Assembly: GCF_000015805.1 (NCBI RefSeq)
Contig: NC_009073.1
Location: 1,440,001 to 1,472,000, forward strand
Length of the DNA stretch: 32,000 bases
DNA from: Pyrobaculum calidifontis JCM 11548
GTDB lineage: Archaea; Thermoproteota; Thermoprotei; Thermoproteales; Thermoproteaceae
Direction of reading: 5' to 3'
Shown: in pieces, positions 23,083 to 30,798 of the stretch
Layout: each line of letters starts with the position of its first letter
How positions within the stretch are numbered: the first letter of the stretch is position 1
Position numbers and translations under genes: made by a program
Notes under the pieces: generated by a model
The model's input: the letters and a program-made list of their open reading frames with translations, nothing else
Told to the model about the DNA's origin: nothing
The model's database searches: none

Positions 23083-24411
23083 ATGGTTAAGATCACTAGG
23101 AGAGATTTCATAAGGGCAGGCTCTCTAGCCGCCGCTTTAAGCGCGCTGAACTGGTCCGCTCTTGTTAAAGCCGCTGGAGAAGCCGTAAGGTCTGGCGCCG
23201 TAAACATCGTCTGGTTTGAGGCACAGGACTGTGCAGGTAATACCACGGCGGTTATACAAGCCACAGACCCCTCGCTACTTGACGTGCTTCTAGGCACAAC
23301 TCCCCTCGTTGGCCCTGGCACTGTGAGACTAATCTTCCACGAGACTGTGATGCCGCAGTGGGGCACATACCATGTAAAACAAGCGAGTGATGTGGCAAGT
23401 GAGAAGATCCTAGAGTCCTATGTGGAACACCAGCCGCCTCCTGGCGATGCAATGAAGATTCTGGAGGAAATAGCCCAGGGCAAGTACGGCCCGTACGTCT
23501 TAGTGCTTGAAGGTAGCTTCCCGCAGGAGTACGGGATAGAGGGGTCCAACATAAAGCAGGAGGGAGGCTACTACTGCGTAGTAGGCCACAAGACTTGCAC
23601 AGCGTGGCTGAAGTCCCTATTAAACAACGCCTTAGCCGTCGTGGCGGTTGGAAACTGCGCCGCCTACGGCGGACTTGTGGCAAACAAGGTGCTAGAGCCG
23701 CCCCCCGGCTTTACATACCCCACTTGGTCACCCTCGCCCACTGGGGCAATAGGCTTCTTCGACGACCCAATTAGGGGAATAAAAGGCGCAATTCACCAGC
23801 CCTACTTCCAGCCCGAGATAGAGCCGTTTAGGAAGTACATAGACGAGGGAGGCGTGCCCGACTTCAAAACGATAAAGCCCGCGGTGGCGGTGCCAGGTTG
23901 CCCAGCCAACGGCAACGGCATCCTGAGGACGTTGGCGCTTTTAACTCTAGTGGCCGCGGGCTACTTAAAGCCGGATGTGCTAGAGAGAAAGGCGTTTCTC
24001 GACAAATACGCGAGGCCTAGGTTTATCTTTGAGTTAACCGTCCATGAGCAGTGTCCAAGGGCCGCTTGGTACGCCGCGGGCAACTTTAGGCCAACTCCGG
24101 GCGCCGGAGATGGGAAGTGTCTATTTGAGGTGGGATGCAAAGGGCCCATATCTAACTGCCCGTGGAACAAGGTGGGGTGGGTCAGCGGCGTTGGAGGGCC
24201 CACGAGGACAGGCGGCGTGTGTATTGGCTGCACTATGCCGGGCTTCACAGACGCATATGAGCCCTTCTGGGCTCCGCTGAATGCGCCGAGGCTCCCTGAC
24301 ACGACTGCGATAGCGGTGGGCGTTGGCACAGGCGTGGCGCTGGGCGCACTGGGGGCATATGCCCTGGCTCGCGCGGTCAAAAAGGAGGGTGTAAAGGAGG
24401 AGAAGAAATGA
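23083..24411 (+). CDS. hynS: [NiFe] hydrogenase small subunit, Tat-exported, with C-terminal TM anchor
   Basis: Twin-arginine signal (ITRRDFIRAGSLAAA). Fe-S ligand blocks AVGNCAAYGG, PGCPANG, HEQCPR, CLFEVGCKGPISNCPWN and GGVCIGCT. C-terminal helix AVGVGTGVALGALGAYALA followed by KK. The first proximal-cluster motif reads DCAGN instead of the usual CxGC. Confidence 0.9.
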   Translation: MVKITRRDFIRAGSLAAALSALNWSALVKAAGEAVRSGAVNIVWFEAQDCAGNTTAVIQATDPSLLDVLLGTTPLVGPGTVRLIFHETVMPQWGTYHVKQASDVASEKILESYVEHQPPPGDAMKILEEIAQGKYGPYVLVLEGSFPQEYGIEGSNIKQEGGYYCVVGHKTCTAWLKSLLNNALAVVAVGNCAAYGGLVANKVLEPPPGFTYPTWSPSPTGAIGFFDDPIRGIKGAIHQPYFQPEIEPFRKYIDEGGVPDFKTIKPAVAVPGCPANGNGILRTLALLTLVAAGYLKPDVLERKAFLDKYARPRFIFELTVHEQCPRAAWYAAGNFRPTPGAGDGKCLFEVGCKGPISNCPWNKVGWVSGVGGPTRTGGVCIGCTMPGFTDAYEPFWAPLNAPRLPDTTAIAVGVGTGVALGALGAYALARAVKKEGVKEEKK

Positions 24412-25181
24412 CAGCGGAGCTTTTGGAGTTCGCCCTCTGGTACATCTTTCCCGCCGCAATATTTATCTTCATTGCAGGCGCCACATATAGGCTTTTACGC
24501 TACGTCTTCCTATTCCGCAGAGGCGTATATGTACATCGAAAAACTTCGGCTGGGCATAAGGTGTCTGGACTTATCTGGACATTTCTACGTTCTTCGGTAT
24601 TCAGCGTCAAGTGGAACGCGCCTGAGGTAGTCGGCGGCTTAATCGCCCTACACGTGTTGGGACTAATCCTCTTGGTGTTCCTCCTAGCACATCACGTGGC
24701 TTACCTCTCCTACCTCTTCCCACCATACGGCATATTGTGGCCTCTGGCGCTTCCGATTAACCCAATAAGTTCTTACCTCGCATATACCACGCCGCAGAGC
24801 GTAGTAGCAGAGGCGGGGAGCATTTGGGGGCCGCTTACGATTATCCTCAACGGGGATGTCTTAACGGCCATGGCGCTGATTGGCATAACATACAAGATGG
24901 TGGAGAAGGTCTACCACAAGCTGAGGGGAACTCCTCATGTGAGATGGGGCGACTTGATCATCTGGCCGCTTTTGTTCACAATAGTAATAACGGGGCTCTT
25001 GGCTACTCATCACGTATTCCCCGGCATCGAGACCTACAGATTAATCCTTGGCCTACACATCGCGTCTGCCGCGCTCTTCCTAGTGCTTATGCCATTTACA
25101 AAGCTCTTCCACTTTGTGTGGAATTTCTGGTACGGCAAGCTACATGAGTGGTACGACCTTGTAGTAAAGAGGGGGGCATGA
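24408..25181 (+). CDS. isp1: Membrane di-haem cytochrome b-type subunit (Isp1 / NarI-DsrM-HdrE-like)
   Basis: ATGA overlap with the small subunit. About 5 TM helices, with conserved His in helices (LIALHVLG, LLAHHVAYL, LATHHVF, LGLHIASA) and a C-terminal FTKLFH motif typical of NarI-like proteins. Confidence 0.7.
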   Translation: MTAELLEFALWYIFPAAIFIFIAGATYRLLRYVFLFRRGVYVHRKTSAGHKVSGLIWTFLRSSVFSVKWNAPEVVGGLIALHVLGLILLVFLLAHHVAYLSYLFPPYGILWPLALPINPISSYLAYTTPQSVVAEAGSIWGPLTIILNGDVLTAMALIGITYKMVEKVYHKLRGTPHVRWGDLIIWPLLFTIVITGLLATHHVFPGIETYRLILGLHIASAALFLVLMPFTKLFHFVWNFWYGKLHEWYDLVVKRGA

Positions 25182-26461
25182 CCGTCGCCGTGAGGATCCC
25201 AGTCCTCACCGCGCCAGAGATTCACTATCTAGAGGCTTGTATTGGCTGTGCCGCTTGCGCACCTTCCTGCCCCTACTTCTATGTATCTGAGGAGTATTCG
25301 CCCGTGGACAAGGCAGAGGCCGCGAGGAGGATTCTTAGAACTAAGTACACCTTCGCAGGCCGCATCCTTGGCCCACTCGTGGGGGCAAAGAGGCCCAGTG
25401 AGAAAGACCTCGACCGCCTGTTGGACATAGCGTATAGGTGCACTGGATGTGGGTCTTGTTACGAGACTTGCACTGTTGGCATATACAGCGGCGGACTTGT
25501 GTTTAGGCTACGTGAAATGCTTACGTCAGTTAACCGGGCGCCTGCGCTTTTGCAGAAACTAAGTGAGGTGGAGGCCTCTGGCGGCTATTACGAGGCGCTT
25601 AAAGAAAAATTGCAGAAGTTGGTTAATGAGGCGGGCAGGTTGGGCGTGAAAGTTGGGGCAAAGGCTGAGGTGTTGCTTATGGTCACTGGCGCAGATCTGC
25701 TTGTGGGGTTTGAAACTGTGGTGAACGCGTTAAAGGTCTTGAGGCGCCTCGGCGTAGACGTTGCAATACCTGAGAGGCCGCTTGGGATTAGGCCCCCCGT
25801 CGGCTACTTGATTGGAGATACTTCAAGCACGAGAAAGGTTCTAGAGGACATCGTGGGCTATATTGAGAGGATTGCGCCGAAGACTGTGGCCCTGCTGGAC
25901 GGTAGCCACGTCTACAAGTACCTTAGGTTCGAGGCTTCGGCTATTTTGGGCAAAAAGCCGAGCTTTGAGGTTAAGCACATTGTAGAGCTGTTGTATGACT
26001 ATGCAAAAGCCGGCGTGTTGAAGTTGGGCAAGGTTGAGGAGAAGGTGACGTGGCATGACCCCTGCTACTTGTCAAGGTGGGGAGGGGTGAGGGAGGAGCC
26101 TAGGGCTTTGCTCGTCAGCGCCGCAGAGTTGGTGGAGGCGCCTAAGAGGTACGGCGAGGTCTCTTGCACAGGCGGCGGGGGCGGAGTGGCTATGTTGCAC
26201 GGAAAGCAGTTCGAAATTTACAACTCCATAACCGGGGTGGACCCGTCACAACAAGGGGAGTTTCTAAGGAAGCTGAACACAGATTTTGAAAAGGCTGTCT
26301 CCCGGAGGATTAACGAGCTTAAGGTTACTGGCGCAAAGACCGTGGTCACGGCGTGTTGGGACTGCATATATTCTATCAACACGGGGGCGCAGCTAGGCGG
26401 CGTAGAGCTGAGGGCTGTGCACATTGTAGACTTCATAGCTAAGGCGCTGGGCATTTCATGA
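25178..26461 (+). CDS. isp2: HdrD-like Fe-S protein (Isp2): two 4Fe-4S ferredoxin motifs plus CCG domains
   Basis: The start is taken at ATG 25178 (ATGA overlap with isp1). CIGCAACAPSCP and CTGCGSCYETC are present. CCG-type blocks are HDPCYLSRW, SCTGGGGG and TACWDC. Confidence 0.8.
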   Translation: MTVAVRIPVLTAPEIHYLEACIGCAACAPSCPYFYVSEEYSPVDKAEAARRILRTKYTFAGRILGPLVGAKRPSEKDLDRLLDIAYRCTGCGSCYETCTVGIYSGGLVFRLREMLTSVNRAPALLQKLSEVEASGGYYEALKEKLQKLVNEAGRLGVKVGAKAEVLLMVTGADLLVGFETVVNALKVLRRLGVDVAIPERPLGIRPPVGYLIGDTSSTRKVLEDIVGYIERIAPKTVALLDGSHVYKYLRFEASAILGKKPSFEVKHIVELLYDYAKAGVLKLGKVEEKVTWHDPCYLSRWGGVREEPRALLVSAAELVEAPKRYGEVSCTGGGGGVAMLHGKQFEIYNSITGVDPSQQGEFLRKLNTDFEKAVSRRINELKVTGAKTVVTACWDCIYSINTGAQLGGVELRAVHIVDFIAKALGIS

Positions 26462-26504
26462 AGGTGAAAATAATCTTTTTTAAAAGCCGGGAGTGGGGTA
26501 GACT

Positions 26505-28421
26505 ATGTCTACTATAAAAATTTGGATTGACCCAATTACCCGCATTGAGGGCCACCTAGCGCTGTACGCAGAAGTTGACGCGAACACCCGGCGCGTTGGC
26601 AAGGCGCACACGTCAGTGATGATGTTTAGAGGCTTTGAGGTCTTCTTGAGGGGTAGGCCGCCTGAGGATGCCATTGCCATTACTTCGCGCACGTGTGGCG
26701 TCTGCGGCGCTGCACATGCTAACGCGTCGACGAGAGCTTGCGACATTGCGTCGGGCTTTACGCCGTATCCCATGGGCTCGGTGTTGAGAAACTTGGCCTA
26801 CGCCATGACCGACTATACCTACGACCACCCGCTTATCTTAAACATGTTGGAGGGCCCCGACTACAGCGAGGCAATCGTCAGCAAGCTCACTCCCTCTGTG
26901 TGGAAGATAGCCCAAGAGACCCCTGCCAAGTACAGCGACATCCACGGCTATAGAACTATTGCAGACATTATGCGTGACTTAAACCCAATAACTGGCAGAA
27001 TATGGCAATTGACTGTCAAGTACCAGCGTATTGCGAGAGAGGCCGGCGTGTTGATATACGGCAGACACTCACACCCAGCCACGCTGATCCCAGGCGGCAT
27101 CGCCACCGACATAACGAACTTACCCAGCCTACTGCAGGAATACTACGCAAGGCTGAGCGTGCTCACGGCGTGGGTTAAATTTGTGTGGGCCATATGGCAG
27201 GAGCTCTACGAGTTCTACCGCGACCACGTCTCTACGCCAGATGGACAGTCCTACGCCTTGACCCAGGGCAAGACCCACGACCCGTATGTTCTACTCGCGG
27301 GCGGCTTCGGCGACGATCCAGAGGTCTACAGCAACGCGGCTGACGAGGCTAAGGGAGATTGGCGCGAGCTGTATGCAAAATTGGACGAGATCTACAACGC
27401 GAGGGCCGAGAAGCCGGGGCTCGCGGTCGGCGGCGAGCTTTACAGCAAGAGCGTCATTGAGCTAAACCTCGGCTACATGGAGTTTGCCGACTCTTCCTTC
27501 TACGAGGACTGGGTCAAGGCAAACGTGGCACCTCCCTACGGTTGGCTTGACAAAGACCCGTTAGGGAACCCGCTGGCATTTGGCACAGAGCTGTACAAGT
27601 ACCACATGTGGAATAGGACAACGATGCCGAAGCCCGGCGCCATAAACTTCGCGGACAAATACACATGGGCGGCCGAGGCCAGGCTAATGTTGAGAGACAA
27701 GAGAATTGCACCAATAGAAACTGGGCCCATATCTCAACTGGCGTTAGATACCCTCCATGCCACAAAGTTTGACTTAGGTGGGCAGGTGTGGTGGGAGAGC
27801 AATGGGAGCGTCCTCAAGGTCCACCTGCCTGGGGGCACGGTCGCCGACGATCTACCCCCTGGCACAGCCCAGGAGTTAACGATCGAGTGGAGGTTGCCCA
27901 AGTACTCCACCACATTTGAGAGACTGTTGGCGAGAGCCGTCCACCTAGCGGTGGTCAACGTAGTGGCGTGGGCTAACTTGCTCTACGGCCTCGAGTTAGT
28001 GAACCAGGGGAGAGTGCAAACGTCTAGGCCTTGGTCTTATGGGAAGTGGCCCAGCTTCAGCTACAGCTTCGGCTGGCACCAAGTGCCCAGGGGCAACTGT
28101 ATGCACTGGCTTGTGCAACAGAATGGGCGTATTGTCAACTACCAGTACGAGGCGCCGACTACGCCCAACGTGAGCCCGCGCAACAACCGTTGTACAGACC
28201 CCTGGAAGAATCAGTGCGCCGGTCCGTTTGAGATGTCTGTGATAAACTCCGTAGTTACAGAAGAGGTGCCGCCAGACCAGTGGACTGGGCTAGACCTCGT
28301 AAGGGCTATCAGGAGCTTTGACCCATGTCTAGCATGTGCAGTGCACTTTGAGGCAAAGGGCGAGGGCGGCAGAGTGTATACCACTATTGAGAAAGTTATA
28401 TGGAACGCCTGCGCGTTGTAG
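26505..28421 (+). CDS. hynL: [NiFe] hydrogenase large subunit (group 1, membrane-bound uptake type)
   Basis: DPITRIEGH, L1 motif SRTCGVCGAAH and L2 motif DPCLACAVH. A 24-aa C-terminal extension (FEAKGEGG...NACAL) follows the His, as expected for endopeptidase processing. Confidence 0.95.
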   Translation: MSTIKIWIDPITRIEGHLALYAEVDANTRRVGKAHTSVMMFRGFEVFLRGRPPEDAIAITSRTCGVCGAAHANASTRACDIASGFTPYPMGSVLRNLAYAMTDYTYDHPLILNMLEGPDYSEAIVSKLTPSVWKIAQETPAKYSDIHGYRTIADIMRDLNPITGRIWQLTVKYQRIAREAGVLIYGRHSHPATLIPGGIATDITNLPSLLQEYYARLSVLTAWVKFVWAIWQELYEFYRDHVSTPDGQSYALTQGKTHDPYVLLAGGFGDDPEVYSNAADEAKGDWRELYAKLDEIYNARAEKPGLAVGGELYSKSVIELNLGYMEFADSSFYEDWVKANVAPPYGWLDKDPLGNPLAFGTELYKYHMWNRTTMPKPGAINFADKYTWAAEARLMLRDKRIAPIETGPISQLALDTLHATKFDLGGQVWWESNGSVLKVHLPGGTVADDLPPGTAQELTIEWRLPKYSTTFERLLARAVHLAVVNVVAWANLLYGLELVNQGRVQTSRPWSYGKWPSFSYSFGWHQVPRGNCMHWLVQQNGRIVNYQYEAPTTPNVSPRNNRCTDPWKNQCAGPFEMSVINSVVTEEVPPDQWTGLDLVRAIRSFDPCLACAVHFEAKGEGGRVYTTIEKVIWNACAL

Positions 28422-28909
28422 GACTGGGAAACCCCATCTACGGCGACGACGGGGTCGGCTCCTGCCTCGCCCAAGCCCTCTCCCGTTTTAACCCCTTTGT
28501 AATAGATGGAAATGCACACGGCATAGGCATTTTGGGCAATCTCACAGACGCAGAGGTCTTAATATTCCTCGACATAGATACGAAGCTCCCGCCGGGGGCC
28601 GTAGCTCTTGAGGAGATCCACGGCTCTTTGACGGTGGAGGAGACCCGCCTCATTGACGCCCATAGGGCCCCTCCCTCGCTTCTCGTGGGATATCTGAGGG
28701 CCATGGGTAAAAACGTAACCGCTTACCTCGTGGCCATTGGGCCCAGCAGAGTGGAGCCTCTTGCCCCGCCGTCTAAGGAGGTGTTAAACGCGGTGCCCAC
28801 CGCCGTGTCCCTATTGAAAGAGGTGGTGGCAAAGCACGGGGTAGAGCTGAAGGCAGACTTTGACGCAGAGAGAGAGGTAGAGGAGTGTTATAAGAGGGTG
28901 TTGGGATGA
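28400..28909 (+). CDS. Hydrogenase maturation endopeptidase (HyaD/HybD/HoxM family)
   Basis: VVGLGNPIYGDDGVG, LIFLDID and IDAHRAPP retain the acidic/acidic/His metal ligands. It overlaps the large-subunit 3' end by 22 nt. Confidence 0.85.
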   Translation: MERLRVVGLGNPIYGDDGVGSCLAQALSRFNPFVIDGNAHGIGILGNLTDAEVLIFLDIDTKLPPGAVALEEIHGSLTVEETRLIDAHRAPPSLLVGYLRAMGKNVTAYLVAIGPSRVEPLAPPSKEVLNAVPTAVSLLKEVVAKHGVELKADFDAEREVEECYKRVLG

Positions 28910-29115
28910 GTCTGTTTAAGCTTCTCGGCGAATTGGCCAGGGAGTACAACGAGCTGAAAAGACAGATAACTCAGCCGGTGGAGGAGGCCTTAAGGGAGGC
29001 TGTGGGCGAGGTGTTATACAGGTCGTTGACGCAGTTGCCTCAGGCTAAGGAGTTTGAGCCGGTGGACGTGGCAGAGCTCCTCAAGAGGGTTAGGTCTCAC
29101 TTTGAAAAAACTTAA
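28906..29115 (+). CDS. Hypothetical small helical protein (69 aa)
   Basis: ATGA overlap with the endopeptidase gene. Predicted all-helical and Glu/Leu-rich. Confidence 0.4.
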   Translation: MSLFKLLGELAREYNELKRQITQPVEEALREAVGEVLYRSLTQLPQAKEFEPVDVAELLKRVRSHFEKT

Positions 29116-29137
29116 TAGGTAGCCTCCCTCGTCTGGT

Positions 29138-29719
29138 ATGTACGGGAAACAACACGTCTTTTGGCTAATATACGGCACAGAAGTGGACCTGCCCGCAATT
29201 TTAGCAAAGCTTGTGGGCCTCGGCTACGAGGTTGCCAAAAGCGGGTACAGAGAGGGCGTGGCCTACTTTGACCCGCTTCCAGGGGGCTATGCGGCTGTGC
29301 GGCGCTACGAGGAGGGGGACGTATACATCTTAGCCAATCTACAGAGGGGGGCGGTAGGCGTTGTAACAGAGGATTTCCTACTCCTTAAGAGGGGGCTCGC
29401 CGACCTCTCCCGCGCATTGATAGAACTCAAAATGGGGGAACCGCCCCGCGCGGAGTTGCACATCTCATTTGGAATACATGGCAGGCTAAGGGAGGGCGGC
29501 GAGGTGAAAGTGGGAGATACGGAATTTCGCAAAAGCGGCGTCTACTTAACCGCTGGCACACCGTTCAACGGAGACGGAGTCTTCGTCTCTATAAGCCCCC
29601 TAGGAGTAGAGAGACTGCTCTTCTATCTCATAGTGAGCGGCAGTTGGGCCTTCGTAAGATCGAGGCTCAACAACATCTACGACATAATTTCACAGCTATT
29701 AAAGGAATTAGTGACATAG
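29138..29719 (+). CDS. Hypothetical protein (193 aa), last gene of the hydrogenase transcription unit
   Basis: Intact ORF 22 nt after the previous gene and on the same strand. No recognisable motif. Confidence 0.45.
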   Translation: MYGKQHVFWLIYGTEVDLPAILAKLVGLGYEVAKSGYREGVAYFDPLPGGYAAVRRYEEGDVYILANLQRGAVGVVTEDFLLLKRGLADLSRALIELKMGEPPRAELHISFGIHGRLREGGEVKVGDTEFRKSGVYLTAGTPFNGDGVFVSISPLGVERLLFYLIVSGSWAFVRSRLNNIYDIISQLLKELVT

Positions 29720-29730
29720 GCGTCGGCACG

Positions 29731-29740
29731 TTCTTTTTCT
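29731..29740 (+). terminator. T-rich tract (ttctttttct) flanked by GGCGT/ACGCC inverted pentamers
   Basis: It lies 12 nt after the stop of the 193-aa ORF, and the oligo-T run is 29734-29738. Confidence 0.35.
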
Positions 29741-29785
29741 CAACGCCACTGGGGACGTCTCCTCGCTTAATCTCCTTAGAGATGT

Positions 29786-29800
29786 AAAATTTTAAAAAAT
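29786..29800 (+). promoter_or_regulatory. tRNA promoter A/T box
   Basis: aaaattttaaaaaat is centred about 25 nt upstream of tRNA position 1 (29818). Confidence 0.5.
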
Positions 29801-29817
29801 GGGTCTAGGTACGCCAG

Positions 29818-29911
29818 GGGCCCGTAGCTCAGTCAGGACAGAGCGGCGGCCTCCGGAGCCGTAGGTCGTGGGTTCAGGCAAAGCCGCCCACAAATCCCAC
29901 CGGGCCCGCCA
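29818..29911 (+). tRNA. tRNA-Arg (anticodon CCG) with a 16-nt intron in the T-loop and a genomically encoded CCA
   Basis: Folded by hand. Acceptor stem: GGGCCCG (29818-24) pairs with CGGGCCC (29901-07), followed by discriminator G and CCA. D arm: GCTC-AGTCAGGACA-GAGC. Anticodon arm: GCGGC-CTCCGGA-GCCGT, anticodon CCG at 29853-55. Variable loop: AGGTC. T arm: GTGGG (29868-72) TTC [AGGCAAAGCCGCCCAC, 29876-91] AAAT CCCAC (29896-900). Removing the insert restores the canonical TTCAAAT loop. Confidence 0.85.
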
Positions 29912-30512
29912 CCTGTCCTCATCTGCGTGATTAACCATGTCTCTTATTCTGACACAAGGCGCTACTTTTACTTGCCGCTTCAGAGCGAAGCCAGCGCTAC
30001 TTCTCCTTTGCCGAGGGTTGGCGTAAAGGCGGTAAATGACTGTCCGTGTACCGCCAGATTTCACTTTTGGCAATATCAGAGATATATGGGTAGCAGAGAC
30101 GCCATCTCATTTGTGAAGTAGATAAACGAGACGATTATAGGGTTAGAAAGTGAAGAGAGATACGGCAAATGTGGAGGACGGAGCGGAAGCGCGGCGAGCC
30201 GTCTCTAGGCCTTCTCTTGTTCTATCACATAAGATTGACTTCTGCGCTATTGAGTTTGCAACAAGTGTTCTAGTCCTCAAAGCATTTGAAAGGCGTAGAC
30301 CCAATATCCTGCCCGCTCTTACGCACCTTCTGCGGCGCAAGGCCTCATTGCCGAGGTCGCCTATCTATCTCACACTTTCCATAAAGCGCAGGTGAGTCAC
30401 CGCTTGTGTCGAGTTTTACTTTCAGCAAACCCACTATGTTGCGTTGTACATCTCTAAGTTATATACCGCGTTTGGACCTTCAAAAAGTTGTGTAGACTGG
30501 AGAAGACTCATC

Positions 30513-30582
30513 GGGGGGAGGGATGATGAACAGCTTGGCAGGGGGATCCTTGACCGACACCAGGCTCGCTGACTCTCCCTCC
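30513..30582 (+). ncRNA. C/D-box sRNA candidate with an unusually long terminal helix
   Basis: C box ATGATGA (30523-29) and D box CTGA (30569-72) are 39 nt apart. They are directly flanked by a contiguous 10-bp helix, GGGGGGAGGG (30513-22) with CTCTCCCTCC (30573-82), which has 8 Watson-Crick and 2 G-U pairs. The internal D'/C' boxes are degenerate (GGGA / TTGACCG). Confidence 0.5.
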
Positions 30583-30798
30583 CCCGCCCTATAAGGATTT
30601 CTTAGCTATTTTTAAACTTTGAAGCGCAGTCAATTAGCTAAGCGCCATGGATTATTGTGTTGGAGAGAGGAGAGTCGGCTTGTGAACGAAACACTTTATG
30701 GGTTGGCAGACACTATGACGCGCGACTGTTGCGAAAAGTCTGGCGTATTTACGGCGGCCTGCCCGCCACATCTTATATTTTTATCCCGTGTTTTTGAC

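Noticed and set aside
29792-30073. 93-aa minus-strand ORF covering the tRNA gene
   Set aside because: It overlaps a complete, well-folding tRNA-Arg and its promoter, and its composition is not protein-like.
30619-30798. 60-codon N-terminal extension of the alcohol dehydrogenase ORF
   Set aside because: MDR dehydrogenases begin about 25-30 residues before the GxCGTD motif. GTG 30799 has a well-placed A/T box, and the extension has no homologous counterpart. I kept the extension as a stated uncertainty.
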